Part shown: positions 26,085 to 34,232 of the stretch, one piece after another
How the letters are laid out: every line of letters begins with the position of its first letter
Numbering within the stretch: the first letter of the stretch is position 1
From: Pseudomonadota bacterium
GTDB lineage: Bacteria; Bdellovibrionota; UBA1018; CAIMNF01
Direction: 5' to 3'
DNA: 64,000 nucleotides
NCBI GenBank assembly: GCA_027491115.1
Contig: JAIXWV010000016.1
Location: 10,657 to 74,656, forward strand
The notes under the pieces: model-generated
Seen by the model: only the letters and a program-made list of their open reading frames with translations
Databases searched by the model: none
Told to the model about the DNA's origin: nothing
Made by a program: the position numbers and the translations under genes

Positions 26085-29000
26085 ATGAAAATCAAGCGCC
26101 TGGAAATTCAAGGGTTCAAATCGTTCAAAGACAAAACGGTCATTTACTTCGATCGTCCGATCACCGGGATCGTTGGTCCGAACGGGTCTGGAAAATCGAA
26201 CATCGTCGATGCCTTTTTCTGGGTGATGGGCGAGCAGTCGTACAAACACATCCGTTCGAGTGGTTCGGACGACATCATTTTCAAAGGGAGCTCCAAATAC
26301 CAGCCCCTCGGATTGGCAGAAGCCACGCTCGTGATGGAGCAGGAGTATCTCGACACCGAGAGCGCGCCGATGGGTGCGTCTCTGGCTGAAGATTTCAATT
26401 CGGATTCGATGGATGACGGTGCAAAGGCTAAAGCGGGAATCAAGAGCAAGGAGATATCCGTCACCCGCCGTGTGTACCGCACAGGAGAAGGCGAATACTT
26501 CATCAATGGTGTGCCTGCCCGTCTGAAGGACATCCAGGAATTGTTTCTTGATACCGGTGTCGGCGCTAAAGGTTACTCGGTGATCGAGCAAGGACAGATC
26601 GGCAAGGTGGTCAATTCCAAGCCCGAAGACCGTCGCTTGCTCATCGAAGACGCTGCCGGGATCGCGAAGTACAAGCAGCGCAAAAAAGAATCTCTGAGAA
26701 AGCTCGAAGGCGCGAATCAAAACCTTCAGCGCATCAATGACGTATTGGCCGAAATCGATCGCTCTTTGGCCAGTCTTGAGCGTCAGGCCCAAAAGGCCCG
26801 CAAGTACAAGGAGTACCGCTCGGAACTCCTCGAGAAGGAAACCACTTGGGGGCGTCGTCGCTATCAGGTTCTGAACCGTCAGCTCGGCAAGATCGAACAG
26901 GATCGGACCGGTCTCGAGCATCTTCTTGCAGGAATGCGCGCGGAGCTCTCTCAGTGCGAGCTCGATCTCGAATCCCACAGGACACTCCAGCTCACCGACT
27001 CCAAGGTGGTTGAACAGTTGCAGGCGGAAGTGGAGCGTGCTTCCAACGAGCTCACCCAACATCAGAGTGCCCTGGATCTCTCTCGCCGGCGTCAGGAAGA
27101 TCTGAACCGCCAGTTGGTCCAGCTCGGGACCGAAAAAGGACAAATCGAAGAGGATCTCACCCGCCTGCGTGAATCGGTGAGCCTGAAGCAAGAGGAGTTC
27201 GAAGGTCTGGATGCCCGGTTCGAGAACATCGCCAACGAGGCGGAAGATCTCGCCAATCGTGTGGTCACCCTTCGTCAGTCGCATTCCGAAGACAAGCGTC
27301 AGGCGGAAATGAAGCGTCGCGAGTTTGTCGAACTGACCCAGAAATCCTCCCAGAGTTACTCGCGGATCGCCGCCCTTCAGGAGCGGATCCAGGGATCGGA
27401 AAGCCAGCTCGAGCGACTGAATTCGCAGAACAGCGAGTTGCATGTGGAGCTCGCCGAGCGCCGAGCTGAATTTGAAACCCTGTCGGTGACTCTCGAAGAA
27501 AAACAGGCTGCCCGCGCAACTGCTCGCGAAGCGCTGGATCAAAAGCGCGACGAGCTCCGTGGTCTCGAAGCGAAGATCAAGACCACCCGCCAGGAGCGCG
27601 ACCAGGCACTGAAGGTTCTCGCATCCGTCACCTCGCGACTCAAGAGTCTCGAAGAGCTCGAGCGCGCCCGTGAAGGGATGGCCAACGGTCCAAAAAAACT
27701 TCTCGAGTGGGCCCGTGAATCGGGAAAAGCTTTCTCCGTCCTTTCAGATTACATCGAAGTCGATTCCGGCTACGAGATCGCCACCCAGGCGGTGCTCGGG
27801 CACGCGTTCGACCGCTTGTACGCCCAGGATGCAGACGCGGCTTTCTCTGCCCTCCACTTTTTGCGTGAGCACGATGCGGGAAGTGCGGCCATCCAGATTT
27901 CCGTCCCCAAGATGGAGTCGTCCGAAAAAGCTGCGTACAACCCCCTCCGGAAGTTCATCAGTTTGACCTCCCCCGAGGGTGCGCACCCTGAGACGGTTCG
28001 CGCGATTCATCAGCTGCTCGAGTCCTTGGTGATGTCTGTCGAGCTCCTCGAGGAAGTTCCGGCACTCGGTGACATCCAGACCTACCAGTCCGCCGGGATC
28101 AGCTTCGTGACCCGGAACGGAATCTGGTTCGATTCGACCCAAGGTGTGTTGTTCGGTGGCAATGCCGAGAGCGAGCAGGCCGCCTCTGTGCTTTCGCGCA
28201 AGCGCACCATCCAGGAGTTGAAGGTCGAAGCCGAGCAGGCCGAGAGTGCATTGAGCACGATCGAAACTGCGCTTTCCACTCTGCAGCAAAGTCTCGACGG
28301 TTTCGAGATCGCCATCCAGGATCTTTCCCAGCAAAAGAGCGATCTTGAGATCGAAGTCGGTTCTCTTGAAAAAGAGTGCGCCCAGATCGAGCGCAAGCTC
28401 GGAGAGATGGAGCGTTCGACCTCCCGATTCCAAGGTGAGCGGGATCAGCTGGATTCCCAGATTTCTTCTTCGCGCCAGGAAATCGTGTCGATCGAAGAGT
28501 CTTTGGTGACGATTGCCGACACCCGCGCGTCCATCGAGGCGTGGATCGGCGAACATGAGGCCCTTCTTGTTGCGAAGGACGAAGAACTTCAGAATGCCGA
28601 ACAGGATCTTCAGGCCATCCGGATTCAGGAAGCCGGAGAGCGTGAGCGGAAAAACTCGCTGAAGAAAGAGCTCGAAACCGAACAGCGGTACTTGAATGAC
28701 CGTGAGCGCCGCTTGGGCGAGGTCGAGAATCTGCTCGAGTCCTTCCAGTCCGACCGGTTCCAGTACTCTGAGGGTGACAGCGAACACCAGTCGGCCATCG
28801 AAGTTCTGATGCGCTCCCTTTCCGAGAAGCGTGAGGAGCTTTCCGTCCTGCGTGATCGTCTCGAGCAGTCCAATGAATTGGTCAGCTCGGGTATGGAGAA
28901 AATCCGTGGCCTGCACAAGCTCGGAGAAGAAAAAACTCGCACCGTGAACCAGTTGGCGATCGATCTCGAGCGCATCCAGTCAGAGGTCAATCATCTGAAG

Positions 29001-29765
29001 GCCAACATGGAAGAGAAGTACGGTGTCGGTTGCCTGGAAGAACCGCAGGGGCTTGATATCCAGGAAGAGATGACCGATCCGGTGGTGACGATCGAGATGT
29101 CGGAAGAAGAAGAGCGCGCGCTCCAGACCGAAGTGGAAGAGTTGCGCGAGAAAATCCGCCGTCTCGGTGAAGTGAACACCATGGCAGTCGAGGAATACGA
29201 AGAAATGCAGAAGCGTCACGAGCACCTCTTCAAGGAGAAGATGGATCTCGAATCCTCCATGCAGAATCTGAACGAGGCGATCGAACACATCAACAAAACT
29301 TCCGAAGAGCGCTTCCGCAAGGCCTTCGAAGCCATTTCAGTTCGCTTCGAAAAGCTCTTTCCGATCATTTTCGGTGGCGGTCAGGCTCAGCTCTCGTTGG
29401 TTTATCCCGAGGGCTCGAATGACATCATGGAAGCGGGCGTGGACATTCTCGCCCAGCCTCCTGGTAAGAAGATCTCGAACATGACCTTGCTTTCCGGGGG
29501 CGAAAAAGCTCTCACGGCATTGTCGATGATCTTCGCGATCTTCATGGTGAAGCCGTCTCCCTTCTGTATTCTCGACGAGGTCGACGCACCTCTCGATGAC
29601 GCCAACATCGGGAAGTTCAACGCCCTGGTACGGGAGATGTCTGCCAAGTCCCAGTTCATTCTGGTGACCCACAACAAGAAGACCATGGAACTCAACGATA
29701 CTCTGTACGGTGTCACGATGGAGGAGCCCGGTGTTTCTCGCATGGTCTCGATCCAGCTTCAGTGA
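26085..29765 (+). CDS. smc: chromosome segregation protein SMC
   Basis: N-terminal Walker A GPNGSGKSN; long coiled coils; hinge; C-terminal signature LSGGEKALTALS and Walker B ILDEVDAPLD; start at MKIKRLEIQGFKSF. Confidence 0.9.
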   Translation: MKIKRLEIQGFKSFKDKTVIYFDRPITGIVGPNGSGKSNIVDAFFWVMGEQSYKHIRSSGSDDIIFKGSSKYQPLGLAEATLVMEQEYLDTESAPMGASLAEDFNSDSMDDGAKAKAGIKSKEISVTRRVYRTGEGEYFINGVPARLKDIQELFLDTGVGAKGYSVIEQGQIGKVVNSKPEDRRLLIEDAAGIAKYKQRKKESLRKLEGANQNLQRINDVLAEIDRSLASLERQAQKARKYKEYRSELLEKETTWGRRRYQVLNRQLGKIEQDRTGLEHLLAGMRAELSQCELDLESHRTLQLTDSKVVEQLQAEVERASNELTQHQSALDLSRRRQEDLNRQLVQLGTEKGQIEEDLTRLRESVSLKQEEFEGLDARFENIANEAEDLANRVVTLRQSHSEDKRQAEMKRREFVELTQKSSQSYSRIAALQERIQGSESQLERLNSQNSELHVELAERRAEFETLSVTLEEKQAARATAREALDQKRDELRGLEAKIKTTRQERDQALKVLASVTSRLKSLEELERAREGMANGPKKLLEWARESGKAFSVLSDYIEVDSGYEIATQAVLGHAFDRLYAQDADAAFSALHFLREHDAGSAAIQISVPKMESSEKAAYNPLRKFISLTSPEGAHPETVRAIHQLLESLVMSVELLEEVPALGDIQTYQSAGISFVTRNGIWFDSTQGVLFGGNAESEQAASVLSRKRTIQELKVEAEQAESALSTIETALSTLQQSLDGFEIAIQDLSQQKSDLEIEVGSLEKECAQIERKLGEMERSTSRFQGERDQLDSQISSSRQEIVSIEESLVTIADTRASIEAWIGEHEALLVAKDEELQNAEQDLQAIRIQEAGERERKNSLKKELETEQRYLNDRERRLGEVENLLESFQSDRFQYSEGDSEHQSAIEVLMRSLSEKREELSVLRDRLEQSNELVSSGMEKIRGLHKLGEEKTRTVNQLAIDLERIQSEVNHLKANMEEKYGVGCLEEPQGLDIQEEMTDPVVTIEMSEEEERALQTEVEELREKIRRLGEVNTMAVEEYEEMQKRHEHLFKEKMDLESSMQNLNEAIEHINKTSEERFRKAFEAISVRFEKLFPIIFGGGQAQLSLVYPEGSNDIMEAGVDILAQPPGKKISNMTLLSGGEKALTALSMIFAIFMVKPSPFCILDEVDAPLDDANIGKFNALVREMSAKSQFILVTHNKKTMELNDTLYGVTMEEPGVSRMVSIQLQ

Positions 29766-30399
29766 GGTTTGTCTCAAGGTATTGATCCTGTCCGTCCCGG
29801 TTTCGGCCGGGGCGGAGGTATCATTGCCCCCTCTTCTTGGTGAGGTTCAAGCCCAGTACCAGAAAGTGTCTGGCATTGAGGCACGTTTCAATCAGGAAAC
29901 AGACGTGAAGGCCACCCGACAGATCAAGAAAGCGAAGGGCCGGATCTGGATCAAGCGTCCGAACAAGCTCAGGTGGGAAACGCTTGAGCCCGACCCCAAT
30001 ATTCTGGTCAGTGACGGACAGACTTTCTGGTTTTACACCCCTCCTTTTGATCCGACGGAGCGGGGCCAGGTCATCATCAAAAAGACCGCTCAGGTACAGA
30101 CGCGGTTTCTCAATTCATTATTGAGTGGAAGTTTTGATTTCGGAAACGGCGCGGTTTCGATCGAGGATCGAATGCGGGGCAAGTTTCTGCTCCGGCCCAA
30201 GGCGGGTACCGCCGGTGACGTGCAGAGTGCCGAAATCGAAATCGACCCGATCAAGAAAACGATCCACCGAGTGGAGTTGGTTCACGCCAGTGGCAACCGA
30301 ACCACAATCAAGCTGGAAGAGTTGAAGCTGGTAGGTAAGATCGAAGACAAGTGGTTCCGTTTCATCCCGGACAAGAATACCGATAAGATCGTGGAGTGA
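29710..30399 (+). CDS. lolA: LolA-like outer-membrane lipoprotein carrier protein
   Basis: Signal peptide LKVLILSVPVSAGA; LolA-like beta-barrel pattern (QYQKVSGIEARFNQE...GRIWIKRPNKLRWE...DGQTFWFYTP); start uncertain (GTG 29710 or 29731), overlapping the smc 3' end. Confidence 0.55.
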   Translation: MSRWRSPVFLAWSRSSFSEVCLKVLILSVPVSAGAEVSLPPLLGEVQAQYQKVSGIEARFNQETDVKATRQIKKAKGRIWIKRPNKLRWETLEPDPNILVSDGQTFWFYTPPFDPTERGQVIIKKTAQVQTRFLNSLLSGSFDFGNGAVSIEDRMRGKFLLRPKAGTAGDVQSAEIEIDPIKKTIHRVELVHASGNRTTIKLEELKLVGKIEDKWFRFIPDKNTDKIVE

Positions 30400-30440
30400 G
30401 GACCGCCCGGTTCTGGCTCAGATCCGGTTCCGGACGGTCC
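30400..30440. terminator. hairpin between the convergent lolA-like and flagellin genes
   Basis: GGACCGCCCGG...CCGGACGGTCC (one mismatch); no clear U-tract. Confidence 0.3.
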
Positions 30441-30480
30441 TACTCTCAGATCGATGAAAGGGTGGACGGAGGCTCGGTTT

Positions 30481-31314
30481 TTACAGGAGCTTCAGTGCCA
30501 TGTGTGGGGCAGAGTTGGCTTGAGCCAACACCGAGACTCCGGCTTGCCGGAGAATCTGTTTCTGCGCCAAACTCGTCGCCTCTTCGGCGATGTCCGCATC
30601 CGCGATTCGAGACCTTGCGTTTGCGAGGTTCTCTTTTGCGATTGCGAGTGTGTTGGTGGTCGAAACCAACTTGTTTTGCATGGCTCCGAGTCCGGCGCGG
30701 GCTCCGGTCACCGAGGCGATGGCCTCGTCGAGCTTGTCAATCGAGTCTCTGGCATCGTCAATCGATTCTGCCTTGATTCCCGATATACCAAGCCTGTCGA
30801 CCCGGACGTCGTAGTCCTTCACAGAGAATTGGATTCGGTCCGCTTCGTTGTTGCGGGCGCCGACCTGGAACTCGAGTGAGCTCTTGTTGGCCTCCCCGTT
30901 CAAGAGGGGAGTACCGTTGAAATTGGTGACGTTGGCGATCCGGTCGATCTCCGCCTTCAGGCTCTGGTATTCCTTGTCGATGAATCCGCGTTCGCGGTCA
31001 CCGATGGTATCCGAAGAAGCCTGGATCGAGAGTTCTCTGAGTCGGGTGAGAATATTCCCGATCTCTGAAAGGCCGCCTTCGGCGACTTGTACGAACGAGA
31101 TCCCGTCGTTTGCATTCCGTTCCGCTTGTTTGAGAGAGCGGACCTGAGCATGCAGGTTCTCTGAAATGGACAACCCCGCGGCGTCATCGCCTGCTGAGGT
31201 GATCCGGTTACCGGAAGCGAGCCGGCTAAAGACTTTGGCTTCATCGTTACTTGTCCGAGACAAGTTCCTTTGAGCTGCCATCGAGGCGATATTGGTTCCA
31301 ATGCGAAGTCCCAT
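30481..31314 (-). CDS. fliC: flagellin
   Basis: N-terminal MGLRIGTNIASMAAQRNL and C-terminal ...VLAQANSAPHMALKLL conserved flagellin D0/D1 segments; 277 aa. Confidence 0.9.
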   Translation of the reverse strand: MGLRIGTNIASMAAQRNLSRTSNDEAKVFSRLASGNRITSAGDDAAGLSISENLHAQVRSLKQAERNANDGISFVQVAEGGLSEIGNILTRLRELSIQASSDTIGDRERGFIDKEYQSLKAEIDRIANVTNFNGTPLLNGEANKSSLEFQVGARNNEADRIQFSVKDYDVRVDRLGISGIKAESIDDARDSIDKLDEAIASVTGARAGLGAMQNKLVSTTNTLAIAKENLANARSRIADADIAEEATSLAQKQILRQAGVSVLAQANSAPHMALKLL

Positions 31315-31545
31315 ACTCCATTGCCCTTTCGTCCACGCTGTGCCCGTTATGCGTGCCCGGCCCCCCTTTAAGAACCGAGACTTTTTTGACGCCCTCAAGA
31401 ACAAGTTTAGAAAACTTTTTGTCTTGATGCATCAAAAAAGTTGAGCAATGAAGTTGGTTTTTTTATTTATAATAAAAACGAACACTTAACGTCGATTTAT
31501 CAACGACTTTCCTGTTCGTGGGCAAACAACAGTAGCCCGAGGAGG

Positions 31546-31573
31546 GGGTTGCCCCTCCCCGGGCCTGCCGTCA
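31546..31573 (-). terminator. terminator after the upstream flagellin gene
   Basis: GGAGGGG-GTTG-CCCCTCC stem flanked by CCCG/CGGG. Confidence 0.4.
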
Positions 31574-31581
31574 GGATGGAA

Positions 31582-32415
31582 TTATCCTAAGAGCTTCAGA
31601 GCGCTCATGGCGTTGTTGTTTGCTTGACTGAGGACCGAAGTGCCTGCTTGGGAGAGGATATTCGACTTGGTGAGTTCCGAAGTCTCCGAAGCGATGTCCA
31701 CATCGTAGATGCGGCTTCTTGCGGCCGAGAGGTTTTCCTCATAGATGTTGAGGTTGCTGATGGTCGCAGCAAAGCGGTTCTGGAGAGCGCCCACTTCCGA
31801 ACGGTTTTCGGAAAGCATCTTGATGGCGCCATCGATCTTCTCCAGGTTTGCCTGAGCGGCTTCCTTGGTTTCGGTGTTCACATCCGCAACGCCGAGAGCG
31901 TCTGCAGAGACGTTCAGTTTTGCAGTGTCGTACACGAAACGGTCATGCTCCGGGGAGTTGTTGAGACCGACTTGGATTTCGAGTTTGTCTCCTTGGCCGG
32001 AGAGCAACTTCGCACCGTTGAATTCGGTGGTCGAGGAAATCCGGTCGATCTCAGAGCGGAGCTGGGTCATCTCTTTGTTGATGAAGCCCCTTTCCTTGTC
32101 GCCGATGGTGTCCGAAGCCGCTTGGATGGACAATTCGCGGAATCGGGTCAGGATGTTACCGATCTCGGCCATGCCACCTTCCGCCACTTGCACGAGGGAG
32201 ATACCGTCGTTGGCGTTGCGGTTGTCTTGGCGCAAGGAGCGGATGTCCGCCTTCATTTTTTCGGAAATCGCCAACCCTGCCGAGTCGTCAGCGGCTTTGG
32301 CAATCCGGGTTCCGGAAGCGACCTTTTCCAAGCTTGCTTGTTGCTTGGCATTGGACACGCCCAGATTTCGCTGAGCCGCCAGTGATTGAACGTTAGTATT
32401 AATGCGTAAACCCAT
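31582..32415 (-). CDS. fliC: flagellin (paralog, about 60 % identical to the adjacent copy)
   Basis: MGLRINTNVQSLAAQRNL...SVLSQANNNAMSALKLLG; 277 aa. Confidence 0.9.
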   Translation of the reverse strand: MGLRINTNVQSLAAQRNLGVSNAKQQASLEKVASGTRIAKAADDSAGLAISEKMKADIRSLRQDNRNANDGISLVQVAEGGMAEIGNILTRFRELSIQAASDTIGDKERGFINKEMTQLRSEIDRISSTTEFNGAKLLSGQGDKLEIQVGLNNSPEHDRFVYDTAKLNVSADALGVADVNTETKEAAQANLEKIDGAIKMLSENRSEVGALQNRFAATISNLNIYEENLSAARSRIYDVDIASETSELTKSNILSQAGTSVLSQANNNAMSALKLLG

Positions 32416-32541
32416 AGATCCTCCTCAATAGGTCATGGTGTCCCCTTGCGGGAACGGTTATTAGTTGCTGACAGGTTTGCTGTACGCCATCAGATGGAGT
32501 TCTTGACCGATTTAGTCCGTCAAAAACCTCACACTGGACCA

Positions 32542-32567
32542 TATCGGTCGGGAATTGGAAAAGCTTG
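32542..32567 (-). promoter_or_regulatory. candidate sigma28 (FliA) promoter for the upstream flagellin gene
   Basis: Minus-strand CAAGCTTT-N10-GACCGATA versus consensus TAAAGTTT-N11-GCCGATAA, about 125 nt upstream of the ATG. Confidence 0.3.
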
Positions 32568-32791
32568 AGGACTATTTGTCAGGAACTTGTCGCAGGGTTG
32601 GGAATACAGGAGAGTGAGGCAGTAGCCCAGGGCCCTGTTGAGGTTAGGGTGTTGATTTTGATCGGGAATAGGCGCTGATCGATCCCGGGCTCCCGGGGGC
32701 GCTAAATTTTGGCCAAATGTGCGGCGCGCAAATCAAACCCTACACAGAAGCAACGGGACTGTTGCAAAAACCTTGATGGACCCTGAAGGGT

Positions 32792-33274
32792 TCAAGGGAG
32801 GGGCCCCAGGCGTTCGATCTGCCGAAGGGCTTCGTAAACAGTGATACTCACCGCATTCGACAGATTCAAGGATCGGACGCGGGCGTCGTACATGGGAATC
32901 CGAATCAGGGCTTCGGCGTGGCGATCGAGAATCCAATCCGCGAGGCCGGTGGTCTCTTTGCCGAAGATGAGGTAGTCCCCGGCTTGAAAGCTCACATCAT
33001 ACAGGGTCTGCCCGGCCCGGGTTTCGATCAGGTGAATCCGTGCATCCGGAGTCAGTGAGTCGAAGAAATGATTCGAGGACTCATGGACATGGACCTGGAG
33101 GTGTTCCCAATAGTCTAACCCAGCACGTTTCAAAGCTTGGGCATCAATGCTGAAGCCAAGGGGCTTGACGAGATGAAGAGCCGATCCTGTGGCCATACAC
33201 AAGCGACCCACCGACCCTGTGTTTTGGGGGATTTCGGGTTCAATCAGGACCACATTCAGTCGTGATGTCCCCAT
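32792..33274 (-). CDS. trmL: tRNA (cytidine/uridine-2'-O-)-methyltransferase TrmL (SpoU family)
   Basis: SPOUT motifs VVLIEPEIPQNTGSVGRLCMATGS..., LIFGKETTGL, SLNLSNAVSITVYEALRQ; about 160 aa. Confidence 0.75.
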   Translation of the reverse strand: MGTSRLNVVLIEPEIPQNTGSVGRLCMATGSALHLVKPLGFSIDAQALKRAGLDYWEHLQVHVHESSNHFFDSLTPDARIHLIETRAGQTLYDVSFQAGDYLIFGKETTGLADWILDRHAEALIRIPMYDARVRSLNLSNAVSITVYEALRQIERLGPLP

Positions 33275-33281
33275 GCCAGCT

Positions 33282-34184
33282 TCAGGGAGAGATTCGGACA
33301 CGAATGAGTCCTCCGACAAAGGTGGTTTTCCCCTCGAATTCGATCAGTCGGCCGCTCACCGTCGTCACGCGGAGAGGCGCATAGGGGAGAGGTTCTGGGG
33401 TGGCCGGATCTTGTGGGGTGATCTGGATCGTATCAAACACGGGGGTGGCTCCGTCGAGACGGTAGCGACGAGTGGGATTCGAAATGTGCAACAGGATCCG
33501 GTGATCTCCCGGGTTGTAGGCATAGCCGGTGACATTCACCATGTGGCTCCCGGATTTTTTCCAAACTCTGAGGTTGGGGTCCCAGGTCATGAATGCCAGG
33601 GTCAGAGCCACTTCATCTTCTGAGCGGACGGCATTCAGAATATCCGACAGGGTCGGAGCGCGATCTTCATATCGGAGCCCAGGGAATCGAGTGCGGGCAC
33701 CCAGGCGCCTGATCAGGTTCACGCGCTCACCCGTCAGTCCGCCAGCGTTCAAAAAGCGAGAGACACACTCGGCACCAGCCAGTGGATCTATTGGAGCGGA
33801 TGGGTCGATCTCACAATCCCTCATGAATCCCAGAATGGCCTTGGATCCTTCAAGCTTTTTTCCGTCACTTGAGAGGCCGTCCAGGGGGATTCCTCCGGCT
33901 GAATCTGCAGCGAGCACCCGGGCTCGGGCCAGGAGATTGGTCAGTGTGGCCGGAATGCAGAGGCCCGTGACGCCAGTCGAGCCCACGGGGCTCCCGGACC
34001 CGGTCATCAGGAGGGGGTCATTCTGCCAAAGGTAAAACGGAGTGGAGCGATTCGACTCTTCCTTGTAGCCGAGCAAGGGGGTTGCGAATGTTCCGGCTTT
34101 GCTCAGTGCCACCTCCTCCGCCCGGATGGGCGCAGAGGACAGCAGTGTGAGGGCGAGGAGGGCCGGAACCGAGGAAGTCCACAT
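33282..34184 (-). CDS. secreted hypothetical protein, possible Cys/His hydrolase
   Basis: Signal peptide MWTSSVPALLALTLLSSAPIRA; candidate catalytic Cys (TGLCIPATL) and His (SGSHMVNVTGYAYN); no confident family. Confidence 0.45.
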   Translation of the reverse strand: MWTSSVPALLALTLLSSAPIRAEEVALSKAGTFATPLLGYKEESNRSTPFYLWQNDPLLMTGSGSPVGSTGVTGLCIPATLTNLLARARVLAADSAGGIPLDGLSSDGKKLEGSKAILGFMRDCEIDPSAPIDPLAGAECVSRFLNAGGLTGERVNLIRRLGARTRFPGLRYEDRAPTLSDILNAVRSEDEVALTLAFMTWDPNLRVWKKSGSHMVNVTGYAYNPGDHRILLHISNPTRRYRLDGATPVFDTIQITPQDPATPEPLPYAPLRVTTVSGRLIEFEGKTTFVGGLIRVRISP

Positions 34185-34232
34185 GGCGCCATTTCTACAT
34201 CATCACCGTGTAAATATCAATTCTTCTTCGAT

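Noticed and set aside
26061-28916. Several large - strand ORFs (493 aa, 390 aa) inside smc
   Set aside because: Antisense to smc, whose Walker A, signature and Walker B motifs are intact. Coiled-coil genes commonly generate long antisense ORFs.
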